From the NCBI RefSeq assembly GCF_900141895.1, contig NZ_FQYT01000025.1, positions 14,104 through 38,103 on the forward strand: a DNA stretch of 24,000 bases. The letters run 5' to 3'. The position numbers and the translations under genes were made by a program. The DNA comes from Parasporobacterium paucivorans DSM 15970. GTDB lineage: Bacteria; Bacillota; Clostridia; Lachnospirales; Lachnospiraceae. Below are positions 9,238-16,677 of the stretch, one piece after another. Below the pieces are notes generated by a model that saw only the letters and a program-made list of their open reading frames with translations, was not told the DNA's origin and did not search any database. How positions within the stretch are numbered: the first letter of the stretch is position 1; the number at the start of each line of letters is the position of its first letter.

Positions 9238-10253
9238 TACAAAAGAAGAATGGAACGTTTTCAATTTTTTTACTGGTATCCACCCCTGTATTTTTTATGA
9301 TTGCCTCTTTGTTTGTGGGACGTTACCGGGTCTCGGCGTGTGATGTGGTTCAAAGTCTTGTCAGCGCCATTGGGCTAGGAAGGTTTGAACTGTCCAGGGA
9401 AGCATTTGCGGTAGTGTCGCAGCTCAGGCTGCCAAGGATTGTAGCAGCGGCCTTCGTTGGAGGTGGACTGGCCGCCAGCGGCACGGCATTTCAAGGAGTT
9501 TTTCGAAATCCACTGGTGAACTCCGGACTCCTTGGAGTGAATTCCGGAGCCGGTTTTGGAGCGGCCCTGGCAATTATTCTGTTGGGTGGATATGGATATA
9601 CCTACGGATTTGCATTCGTTTTTGGTGTTCTGGCTGTTGCGATGAGCTACTGGATAGCCCGGATCTACAAAACCGTCCCGGCGGTCATGCTTATCCTTGG
9701 AGGGACGATTGTATCGGCTTTTTTCAGCGCGATGATTACTCTGCTCAAATATATTGCGGATGTTGACACGGAGCTTCCGGCAATAGTCTACTGGCTGATG
9801 GGAAGTCTTTCTTCCGTGTCATATGGGGATTTCTGGGCCTTTATCCCGATTGGAGCAGGAATCACGGTTTTAATGCTTTTTGGATGGCGAATCAACGTCA
9901 TTTCAATGGGGGATAAAGAAGCGAGGTCCATGGGAGTGGATGTCGTTAAATGTAAAATTGGAATTATTTTAGCCGCCACGATGGCTACCGCGGGGGCTGT
10001 CTGCCTGTCGGGAGGGGTGGGATGGGTAGGCCTTGTGATTCCCCACATTGGCCGGATGGTCGTCGGGAATGACAACAGGAGGCTTATGCCTGTATCCGTT
10101 TCCATCGGAGCATCGTTTATGGTATGCATAGATACGATAAGCCGCAGCGCTACAACTTCAGAAATACCCTTAGGCGTTCTGACGGCTCTTGTAGGAGCAC
10201 CTTTCTTCGTATTTCTTCTTAAAAAAACAAAAGGAGGCGGATGGAAGGCATGA
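9234..10253 (+). CDS. FecCD-family ABC importer permease (iron-siderophore / heme / corrinoid type)
   Basis: 'RLPRIVAAAFVGGGLAASGTAFQGVFRNPLV' and about nine hydrophobic helices are typical of FecCD/BtuC. ATGA start-stop overlap with the upstream oxidoreductase. Confidence 0.9.
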   Translation: MIQKKNGTFSIFLLVSTPVFFMIASLFVGRYRVSACDVVQSLVSAIGLGRFELSREAFAVVSQLRLPRIVAAAFVGGGLAASGTAFQGVFRNPLVNSGLLGVNSGAGFGAALAIILLGGYGYTYGFAFVFGVLAVAMSYWIARIYKTVPAVMLILGGTIVSAFFSAMITLLKYIADVDTELPAIVYWLMGSLSSVSYGDFWAFIPIGAGITVLMLFGWRINVISMGDKEARSMGVDVVKCKIGIILAATMATAGAVCLSGGVGWVGLVIPHIGRMVVGNDNRRLMPVSVSIGASFMVCIDTISRSATTSEIPLGVLTALVGAPFFVFLLKKTKGGGWKA

Positions 10254-11071
10254 GAAACCGACACAATAAACCGACGGGTCCTGACATAATCCAGATTGAA
10301 AATGCGACATTCCACTATGACGATAAACCCATTTTTAAGGACATTCATCTCGAAACAGCAGCAGGGGAATTGTTCTGTATTATGGGATGCAATGGATGTG
10401 GAAAAAGCACCCTTTTGGACTGCATTCTGGGGAATCACATCCTCGGGAGGGGAACAATCCTGGTGTCAGGAAAAGAGGTATCCGGTTACCGGCCGGCCGA
10501 ATTGGCGAAAAAAATCTCCTATGTCCCGCAGATACATGAAAAGTCATTTCCTTATCTCGTACGGCAGATTGTCCTGATGGGGAGGACAGCCCATTTGGGA
10601 GGATATGGGAAACCGGATGAGCTGGATGAGGATATTTCAGAGCAAAGTATGAAGGATGCCGGGATCGCCCACCTGGCAGACCGGCCATACACCCAGATCA
10701 GCGGAGGTGAAATGCAGATGGTTGCATTAGCCAGGGCTCTGGCACAGAAAACGCCCATCATCCTGATGGATGAGCCTACGGCCCACCTGGATTTTTTTAA
10801 TGAGATGCTCTTTTTGGAAAAAACAGTAGGATTGGTAAATACGGGGAACCGCACCATATTGATGGCAACCCATTCGCCCAATCAGGCCTTTTACCTGGAA
10901 AACCAGGGGGTAAAGGTGCGGGTCGCCCTGATGCATGAGGGTGCAATCTTTTCTGTTGGATCTCCTGATGAGGTGCTGACAGAAGAGAACCTGGCAAAAG
11001 TATATGGGGTCAAAGTCCGGATTCTTAGGGATGAAAACAGGAAACAAATAGTTCCTGTTGGGACCATTTAA
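10241..11071 (+). CDS. ABC transporter ATP-binding protein (FepC/FecE/BtuD type)
   Basis: Walker A 'GCNGCGKSTLL', signature 'ISGGEMQMVALARAL', Walker B 'IILMDEPTAHLD'. An alternative start ATG lies at 10250. It overlaps the end of the permease gene. Confidence 0.9.
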   Translation: MEGMRNRHNKPTGPDIIQIENATFHYDDKPIFKDIHLETAAGELFCIMGCNGCGKSTLLDCILGNHILGRGTILVSGKEVSGYRPAELAKKISYVPQIHEKSFPYLVRQIVLMGRTAHLGGYGKPDELDEDISEQSMKDAGIAHLADRPYTQISGGEMQMVALARALAQKTPIILMDEPTAHLDFFNEMLFLEKTVGLVNTGNRTILMATHSPNQAFYLENQGVKVRVALMHEGAIFSVGSPDEVLTEENLAKVYGVKVRILRDENRKQIVPVGTI

Positions 11072-11094
11072 AAAACAGACAGGGAGCCGGGAGA

Positions 11095-12195
11095 ATGCGT
11101 AAAATACAAAAAATAGCAGTATTTATTTTCGTGATGTTCACATTAATTGTAGTCTGTACGGCATGCAGCGGCCAGTCAGGGGCAGCGTCGGGCAAAGAAA
11201 CGGACACTTTTATTGACTGCATCGGACGGAAAGTGGAAATCCCCAAAACGATCAGAAAAGTAGCGGCAATCGATGCTTTTACGGGAGAAGCAATGGTGAT
11301 GATGGGAGCGGGCAGCTATATGGCAGCCTGTCCCGAAGGCGTCCGTTCGGATATGCTTCTTCAGGAAATCTATCCGGAACTGAAAGATGTGGCAGTTGTT
11401 CAGTCAGGCGGTTCCATTAATGCGGAGGCATTGCTTGCATTGGATCCGGATGTGGTATTGGTGAAATATGCCCTGTATATGACGGAAGGCGAAGTCGCGA
11501 AGCTGGATAAGCTGGGGATTCCATATCTCGTTATCGAATATACGAATATGGAGGAGCAGATTGAAGCACTGAACCTGATCGGGGAAGTGGTTGGAGGCAA
11601 GCCCCTGGAAAAAGCAGAAACAATCTGCCGGTATTATGAAGATACCATCCATCTGGTGACGGAAATCAGCGAAAAAATTCCCCAGAAAGAGAAGCTGGCT
11701 GTGTATCATTCAATCAATCAGACATTCAGGACGGATGGGGAGGATTCCCTGGGAGCGGACTGGATAAAGGCCGTCGGCTGCAAGGATGTTTCGGCGGACC
11801 AGGCCCTGACGTCAGATGGCGGCGGATATTTTGCGAGCCAGGAACAGGTTTTCGTATGGAACCCGGATGTCATTATATGCAATGCAGCCCTGACAAAAAA
11901 ATATTTTGAAGAGGATGCGGCGTGGCAGGGTCTTCGGGCAGTCTATGAGGGGAATGTCCATAACATACCGGTCGGAGCCACGCGATGGGGGCAGGAAGGA
12001 AGTGTGGAAACATTTTTTGGGATGCTCTGGCTCGGTGTCACCGTATATCCTGAGTATTACAGCCAGGTTAATCTGAAAAATGAGGTCGTGACATTTTATC
12101 GGGATGTATTAGGGATAGAGTTGGACGATGCTACATATGAAAAAATATTATCAGGTGATGGAATACGGGCTTCCAGCCAGAATGCGGGGAAATAG
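11095..12195 (+). CDS. ABC transporter substrate-binding lipoprotein (Peripla_BP_2 / class III, siderophore-heme-B12 type)
   Basis: Signal peptide with Cys ('VVCTACSG'). 'KVAAIDAFTGEAMVMMG' and 'LDPDVVLV' are typical of FhuD/BtuF-like binding proteins. Confidence 0.85.
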   Translation: MRKIQKIAVFIFVMFTLIVVCTACSGQSGAASGKETDTFIDCIGRKVEIPKTIRKVAAIDAFTGEAMVMMGAGSYMAACPEGVRSDMLLQEIYPELKDVAVVQSGGSINAEALLALDPDVVLVKYALYMTEGEVAKLDKLGIPYLVIEYTNMEEQIEALNLIGEVVGGKPLEKAETICRYYEDTIHLVTEISEKIPQKEKLAVYHSINQTFRTDGEDSLGADWIKAVGCKDVSADQALTSDGGGYFASQEQVFVWNPDVIICNAALTKKYFEEDAAWQGLRAVYEGNVHNIPVGATRWGQEGSVETFFGMLWLGVTVYPEYYSQVNLKNEVVTFYRDVLGIELDDATYEKILSGDGIRASSQNAGK

Positions 12196-12196
12196 G

Positions 12197-13075
12197 ATGG
12201 TTAAAATACTTGTCTGCGTGGATGACACGGATGATATTTCGAAAAAAACAAGCACCGGAAAAGTGGCAGAGATGATGGCGGGGGAGGTGAAGAAACTGGG
12301 AGGAGAAATCGTCCTTGGCATCACCAGGCACCAGCATCTTCTGCATGAATCCATAGCCTACACGTCGCACAACAGCTCCATGTGCTTTGAATCTGCCATT
12401 TTAGAAGAGAATCTGGACAGTCTGTGGGAAAATATGTCTGCCATATTAAGAAAAGAAATGGCAGAGACATCAGATCCCGGCCTATGCATGTGCAGGATGG
12501 ATTCCGTTTCCGCAGTCCACAAGCTGATTGCATTCGGTAAAAGGTCACAGCAGGAAGTCCTGCAGAAAAAAGAGGCCTTCCATTTGGCAGAAGAAACAGA
12601 TGTCCGCCTGGAAGCATTTAACCGAAGCGGTCTTGGCGTGATTGGTGCCCTGGCAGGAATGGGGCTGCGTTTATCCGGAAACGACGGGACTTTCCGAGGA
12701 AAAAACATACAGGGCATCAATCCGGGAATGTTTTTGGTTGGAGACTGCAAGAAAAAACTGGATGTATCCCAGGTCATTACCATGACTGGCCAGTACCTGC
12801 CGGATGACCGGGAAGTATATCTGGAAATAAATATGAAACTTATTTACTTCAATCATCAAAAAATGGCAATTGCGGAAGAACAGGAGAATGGCGTTTATAA
12901 AATTTGTGATAAGTCAGGTTTGTATAACGCGAACTGGAAACAGCAGGATTGGCGCAGCCCATGCGATATGTTTAGTCTGGATAATGATAAGAATGAATGT
13001 TATGGTAATGAGAGGTCGTGCCATAACTGCCAGTTTCGCAGATGGACCCCGAACGGGATAAGCTGCGTTAATTAG
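12197..13075 (+). CDS. Uncharacterised protein with an N-terminal 'VDDTDD' motif and a C-terminal Cys-rich ribbon (possible TiaS TCKD-like fold)
   Basis: I chose the ATG at 12197, 1 nt after the binding-protein stop, rather than the track start at 12128, which overlaps the upstream gene by 68 nt. Motifs are 'KILVCVDDTDDISKKTSTG', 'DPGLCMC', 'GLGVIGALAGMG' and the C-terminal 'C..(11)..C..(6)..CHNC..(12)..C'. The product assignment is an inference only. Confidence 0.6.
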   Translation: MVKILVCVDDTDDISKKTSTGKVAEMMAGEVKKLGGEIVLGITRHQHLLHESIAYTSHNSSMCFESAILEENLDSLWENMSAILRKEMAETSDPGLCMCRMDSVSAVHKLIAFGKRSQQEVLQKKEAFHLAEETDVRLEAFNRSGLGVIGALAGMGLRLSGNDGTFRGKNIQGINPGMFLVGDCKKKLDVSQVITMTGQYLPDDREVYLEINMKLIYFNHQKMAIAEEQENGVYKICDKSGLYNANWKQQDWRSPCDMFSLDNDKNECYGNERSCHNCQFRRWTPNGISCVN

Positions 13076-13087
13076 TTTCTGCTTTTG

Positions 13088-13116
13088 TTGACAGTGAAAA
13101 ATGAGAATGTTATGAT
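13088..13116 (+). promoter_or_regulatory. Near-consensus sigma-A promoter
   Basis: TTGACA (13088-13093), exactly 17 nt, TATGAT (13111-13116). It lies about 210 nt upstream of the rubredoxin-like CDS. Confidence 0.6.
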
Positions 13117-13327
13117 TGAATGATAATAAATATAAACAGATAATGGCTTTACCAAAGCCCCTGTCGATTGGTACTTCAGTTACACGGCGATTTTTCCTCA
13201 TTGTTTGGAAAATTGGGAGGAACGCCGCCATAATGGCCTTTTGCTGGCAAATTAATGCACCTGTTAGTAGTGTTGCGGGGTTTTTAACTGCAGACAAGTC
13301 AAGCACCCATGAAAGGAGAAATGAACT

Positions 13328-13657
13328 ATGTTATGGAAATGTACAGTTTGTGGATTTTTACACGAAGGAGATGAGGCGCCGGAGATATGTCCGAAATGTG
13401 GGGCTCCCAAGGAAAAGTTTGTAGCATTATCCGAAGAGGCGGCGAAAAAAATCTATGATTCTGACCGCACGAATGATATTCATATGGAGATTATCAAACT
13501 TGCAATGGAAATAAAGAATCTGGCTAAAGAAGGAATTGAAATCAATCTGGATCCTCCTTGTGTCGCATTATTCAAACAGGCACATGACGAAGCGTGGGTT
13601 ATTAAGCAGAGAAGCAAAGCCGAAATCATAGGTCATGTAACCAGAGAAAAATGGTAA
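13328..13657 (+). CDS. Rubredoxin-like zinc-ribbon protein with a helical C-terminal domain
   Basis: The N-terminal 'WKCTVCGFLHEGDEAPEICPKCGAPKEKF' is a CxxC...CxxC rubredoxin-type knuckle pair. The remaining roughly 75 aa look helical. RBS AAAGGAG precedes the start. Confidence 0.75.
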   Translation: MLWKCTVCGFLHEGDEAPEICPKCGAPKEKFVALSEEAAKKIYDSDRTNDIHMEIIKLAMEIKNLAKEGIEINLDPPCVALFKQAHDEAWVIKQRSKAEIIGHVTREKW

Positions 13658-13699
13658 AAATGGTAAATCTATCCGGGATCCTTTAACGGTAGAAGTAAA

Positions 13700-13740
13700 G
13701 AGGCCGGCCTCGTATCCTTATGGGATACGAAGCCGGCCTC
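13700..13740. terminator. Strong GC-rich hairpin between convergent transcription units
   Basis: GAGGCCGGC (13700-13708) pairs with GCCGGCCTC (13732-13740), and the inner arm TCGTATCC pairs with GGATACGA. This gives about 17 bp with one mismatch. A U-rich tract follows only on the minus-strand reading (CTTTACTTCT), so it is probably the terminator for the ferredoxin-side transcript. Confidence 0.6.
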
Positions 13741-13807
13741 CTGTGATGGTCAGTTCTTTTTCAATGAGTTTTTTTCTTAGCTTGTCCAAATTATTTTCGT
13801 TTTTCAT
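13718..13807 (-). CDS. Candidate 29-aa small ORF (MKNENNLDKLRKKLIEKELTITGGRLRIP)
   Basis: It is not in the ORF track because it is below the length cutoff. The ATG at 13807 is preceded by GAGGAGGT with a 7-nt spacer on the minus strand. The 3' end and stop codon lie inside the 13700-13740 hairpin. Confidence 0.3.
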   Translation of the reverse strand: MKNENNLDKLRKKLIEKELTITGGRLRIP

Positions 13808-13951
13808 AACGCGACCTCCTCGTATCACGAAAGTATCTTCTTGAGTTTGTTATACCACTTACACAACACGGACAAAAATTGGTCGATTAAGAGGTAGAGT
13901 ACAAAATAAGAGATGCGTGAAGGAGAAGTATTTTTTTTGTGCATCGACGGA

Positions 13952-14140
13952 TTATTCAATTGTAATAACATTTACAGGGCAATCTTCTTTTGCCTCAATT
14001 GCACAGCTTTCTGATTCCTTAGGAATCTCATTCACCAGTACGTTGGCTTTTCCGTCGTCCCCCATTTCAAAGACCTCAGGACAGTCAGATACGCACAATC
14101 CACATCCGATGCAGTCTGCTTTTAGGATATAAGCTTTCAT
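13952..14140 (-). CDS. fdx: Small [4Fe-4S] ferredoxin
   Basis: 62 aa. 'CIGCGLCVSDCP' plus the distal 'C...CP' match single-cluster clostridial/Thermotoga-type ferredoxins. RBS GGAGGT lies upstream. Confidence 0.9.
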   Translation of the reverse strand: MKAYILKADCIGCGLCVSDCPEVFEMGDDGKANVLVNEIPKESESCAIEAKEDCPVNVITIE

Positions 14141-14178
14141 TTTACTACCTCCATCAAAAAAATGTCTGCTACATCTTT

Positions 14179-14207
14179 ATTATATTCCCATATCACAGGA
14201 ACCACAA
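14179..14207 (-). promoter_or_regulatory. Candidate sigma-A promoter for the ferredoxin gene
   Basis: On the minus strand: TTGTGG (14207-14202), 17 nt, TATAAT (14184-14179). It lies about 35 nt upstream of the ATG. Confidence 0.5.
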
Positions 14208-14280
14208 TATAATTTCACCGTTCCATCCTGGCAAGTCTGTTTGAAAATATGAAAAGTCGATCGAATGGAATTAAATAGGC

Positions 14281-14318
14281 GGATACAATTGATATTATGA
14301 TAAAATGGGGATACAATT
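14281..14318 (+). repeat. Direct repeat GGATACAATT x2 overlapping the promoter elements
   Basis: GGATACAATT occurs at 14281-14290 and at 14309-14318, with starts 28 nt apart. The two copies overlap the -35 and -10 hexamers called below. Confidence 0.5.
14289..14317 (+). promoter_or_regulatory. Candidate sigma-A promoter for the Mo-oxidoreductase-fold lipoprotein gene
   Basis: TTGATA (14289-14294), 17 nt, TACAAT (14312-14317). Confidence 0.55.
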
Positions 14319-14396
14319 AATCTAGTGAAGAAAATAACTTTAGCGAACGTCGACACTGAGTTTTTTGAACAGATTCTCTGATCTGGAGGAATGAAA

Positions 14397-15047
14397 ATGA
14401 AAAAAGCGGCAGGTTGCATGTTATTGTTATTGTGCGCGATTCTTTTGGGTTCATGTAATAGTGGAGATAACTCGGGGACGGATGGGGTCTCCAATGCTAC
14501 GATGAAGCGCTACCAGGAGCTTGAAATACGCGAATATGAAGGCGTCAGGCTTGATCCATCCGTCGGGCCGCGTGACAATTCAATATCCGGCATCCAGAAT
14601 GTGGACATCAGTACCTATGAGCTTGCAATAACAGGACTTGTGAAAGAGTCGATTGCGCTTACATACGAAGAAGTACTGGAGCTTCCGTCTTATGAAAAGC
14701 TGATAACGCTCCATTGTGTGGAAGGATGGGATGCCACTGTTTTATGGAAAGGGGTCCTGCTTTCGGACCTGATTGAAATGGCGGGAGCCGACAGTGCGGC
14801 CAACACGGTTATTTTTCATGCCGTTGACGGGTATACAACTGCGCTGCCGCTTCAGGATGTAATCGACAAAAAAATAATTCTGGCATATTCTTCGAACAGA
14901 ATTCCGCTGCCTCCCGCTCTGGGATATCCGTTTATCGTGGTTGCAGAAGATAAACCTGGTTACAAATGGGCAAGATGGGTGACGAAAATCGAACTTTCGG
15001 ATGACCCATATTATCTGGGATACTGGGAAAGCAGAGGTTTTCCTTAA
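14397..15047 (+). CDS. Lipoprotein with an oxidoreductase molybdopterin-binding (sulfite oxidase / YedY-MsrP) fold
   Basis: Lipobox 'LLGSC'. 'LITLHCVEGWDATVLWKGVLLSDL', 'FHAVDGYTTALPL' and 'GYPFIVVAEDKPGYKWARWVTKIEL' are typical of this family. The start is set at the second ATG (14397), which gives 7-nt spacing from GGAGGA. The track start is 14391. Confidence 0.8.
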   Translation: MKKAAGCMLLLLCAILLGSCNSGDNSGTDGVSNATMKRYQELEIREYEGVRLDPSVGPRDNSISGIQNVDISTYELAITGLVKESIALTYEEVLELPSYEKLITLHCVEGWDATVLWKGVLLSDLIEMAGADSAANTVIFHAVDGYTTALPLQDVIDKKIILAYSSNRIPLPPALGYPFIVVAEDKPGYKWARWVTKIELSDDPYYLGYWESRGFP

Positions 15048-15054
15048 ACCAAAG

Positions 15055-15083
15055 GAGCCCCCGAGGAGGGGGCTTTATTTATA
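15055..15083 (+). terminator. Rho-independent terminator
   Basis: AGCCCCC (15056-15062) / GGGGGCT (15068-15074) with loop gagga, followed by TTTATTTAT. Confidence 0.8.
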
Positions 15084-15175
15084 CCGAATCGAAATTTTAC
15101 GTGGTTTTGACTTGGGTATGTGGGGAGTTTGTGATAAAATTGTTAAAGGTATTGTTATAAGGGGGACTTCGATTT

Positions 15176-16594
15176 ATGAAAATGAAAAATACCCGTTTTA
15201 ATGGGAGACTTATAGTTATTGGCGCAAGCGCTGTCGTTTTGGCGTCTGCCGCCGGCACGGCTTTTGTTTTTACTGACCATACGGATACTTCCGCTGAAAC
15301 ATCCGTTGCACCTGAAGATGGAACTGTGGATAAGGCTGCGCTGCTTACCCGGGAAGATATCGAAAACTATTTATATGAAAAAAATCTGATCAGCATGGCA
15401 CATGCCCACGAATTGCTGGCTTCCAGGCCGGTTTTGACTCTGAAGGTCTCCTCTGTGGGAAGCCGGGTTTCTGTCAAAATTGTACTGCCTGACGGAAATC
15501 TTGCAACAGGCAATCTTTTTGTCATAACGCTTACGGATGAAGCGGGGACTCGAACCGAATATACCAATAATGACATGGATGGGTGGATCATCATCGATAA
15601 TCTTGAAAAAGGAGATTATGCAGTATCCATGAATGAGATGAAGGATTTCGTCACTCCTGCCTCCCCGACGGTGACTGTTGAAGGTGAGGTAGCGCCTGTG
15701 GCAGTAGCGAATATTGAGGAGAAAGTAGTCAGTGAAGCGAAGATCGTTGTAGCCGAAGAAGATGCTGCTTATGGAAACGTGACGACGGCTGAAACGGTAC
15801 AGGATACTCCTGCCCCTGAAACGACTGCATCTGCACCGACCGAGACGTCTGCCGAAACATCTGTACAGCCGGTTTTTACGGGTTGGCAGACATTCGACGG
15901 CAGTACCTATTATTACGATGGAACCGGTAACCGGGTAACCGGCTGGCAGACGATTGGCGGGTTGAAATATTATTTTAATGAGTCTGGGGTGAAATCGTCC
16001 AAAGTCGGCGTCGACGTATCGAGATACCAGTATGCAATCGACTGGGCGGCGGTCAAGGCCTCAGGAGTTGATTATGCGATTATACGTCTCGGATACAGAG
16101 GATACGGTTCCGGGGCCCTGGTGCTGGATCCGTATTACATCCAAAATATCAGAGGTGCATCAGCCGCCGGCCTGCAAGTGGGAGTCTATTTCTTTTCACA
16201 GGCCATTACAGAGACGGAAGCTGTAGAGGAAGCCAGTATGGTGCTGGAGTACATCCGCGGCTACAATATTTCCTGTCCGGTTGCTTTTGATACGGAGTTC
16301 GTGAATGATGTTGCGCGGGCAAATAATTTGTCTGCTACTGACAGGACGACCATTGCACTGGCCTTCTGCAGAACCATTGCCAATGCCGGATATACATCTA
16401 CTGTATATGCAAGCAAAAGTTTTCTATACAACAATCTGGAATTATCCAGACTGTCGGGATATCAGACATGGCTGGCGCATTATGTCAATATGACGGATTA
16501 CGCCTACGATTATGATATGTGGCAGTATACGTCCAAGGGTTCCATAAACGGAATCAGCACGGGCGTTGATCTGAATGTCTGGTTAAACAATTGA
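15176..16594 (+). CDS. GH25 muramidase (lysozyme) with cell-wall-binding repeats
   Basis: N-terminal signal anchor. Two CW_binding_1-type repeats read 'GWQTFDGSTYYYDGTGNRVTGWQTIGGLKYYFNESG'. The C-terminal 'GVDVSRYQYAIDWAAVKASGVDYAIIRLGYRG...VAFDTE' is GH25. Confidence 0.9.
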   Translation: MKMKNTRFNGRLIVIGASAVVLASAAGTAFVFTDHTDTSAETSVAPEDGTVDKAALLTREDIENYLYEKNLISMAHAHELLASRPVLTLKVSSVGSRVSVKIVLPDGNLATGNLFVITLTDEAGTRTEYTNNDMDGWIIIDNLEKGDYAVSMNEMKDFVTPASPTVTVEGEVAPVAVANIEEKVVSEAKIVVAEEDAAYGNVTTAETVQDTPAPETTASAPTETSAETSVQPVFTGWQTFDGSTYYYDGTGNRVTGWQTIGGLKYYFNESGVKSSKVGVDVSRYQYAIDWAAVKASGVDYAIIRLGYRGYGSGALVLDPYYIQNIRGASAAGLQVGVYFFSQAITETEAVEEASMVLEYIRGYNISCPVAFDTEFVNDVARANNLSATDRTTIALAFCRTIANAGYTSTVYASKSFLYNNLELSRLSGYQTWLAHYVNMTDYAYDYDMWQYTSKGSINGISTGVDLNVWLNN

Positions 16595-16619
16595 CAATCG
16601 AAGATTTAAGTTATATTGT
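16591..16619 (+). promoter_or_regulatory. Possible promoter for the NTF2 / URO-D / heliorhodopsin operon
   Basis: TTGACA (16591-16596, overlapping the GH25 stop) is followed by TATATT at 15-nt spacing or TATTGT at 17-nt spacing. The spacing and hexamer quality are ambiguous. Read-through from the GH25 gene is also possible because no terminator lies between them. Confidence 0.3.
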
Positions 16620-16677
16620 TGAAATACAGTTACACGAAACCGAAAACATATGCAAAAAAACCTAAGGAGGAAATTCT

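Noticed and set aside
12128-12196. The track start at 12128 for the TiaS-like ORF.
   Set aside because: It would overlap the binding-protein gene by 68 nt and add a non-conserved-looking leader. The ATG at 12197 immediately follows the upstream stop and begins the hydrophobic 'MVKILVCVDDTD' strand.
13117-13327. A fluoride, cobalamin, TPP or c-di-GMP riboswitch in the long leader.
   Set aside because: I found 'GGCGAT' and 'AACGCCGCC' fragments, but their spacing is wrong for the fluoride motif. There is no B12 box (GCCACTG), no TPP 'CTGAGA...ACCTGA' core and no GEMM-like pattern. Only an Infernal scan could settle this.
15107-15140. A promoter for the GH25 gene (TTGACT at 15107-15112).
   Set aside because: The only A/T-rich -10 candidates (GATAAA, TAAAAT) lie 20-22 nt away, and the 17-nt position holds TGTGAT. 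The evidence is too weak to call.
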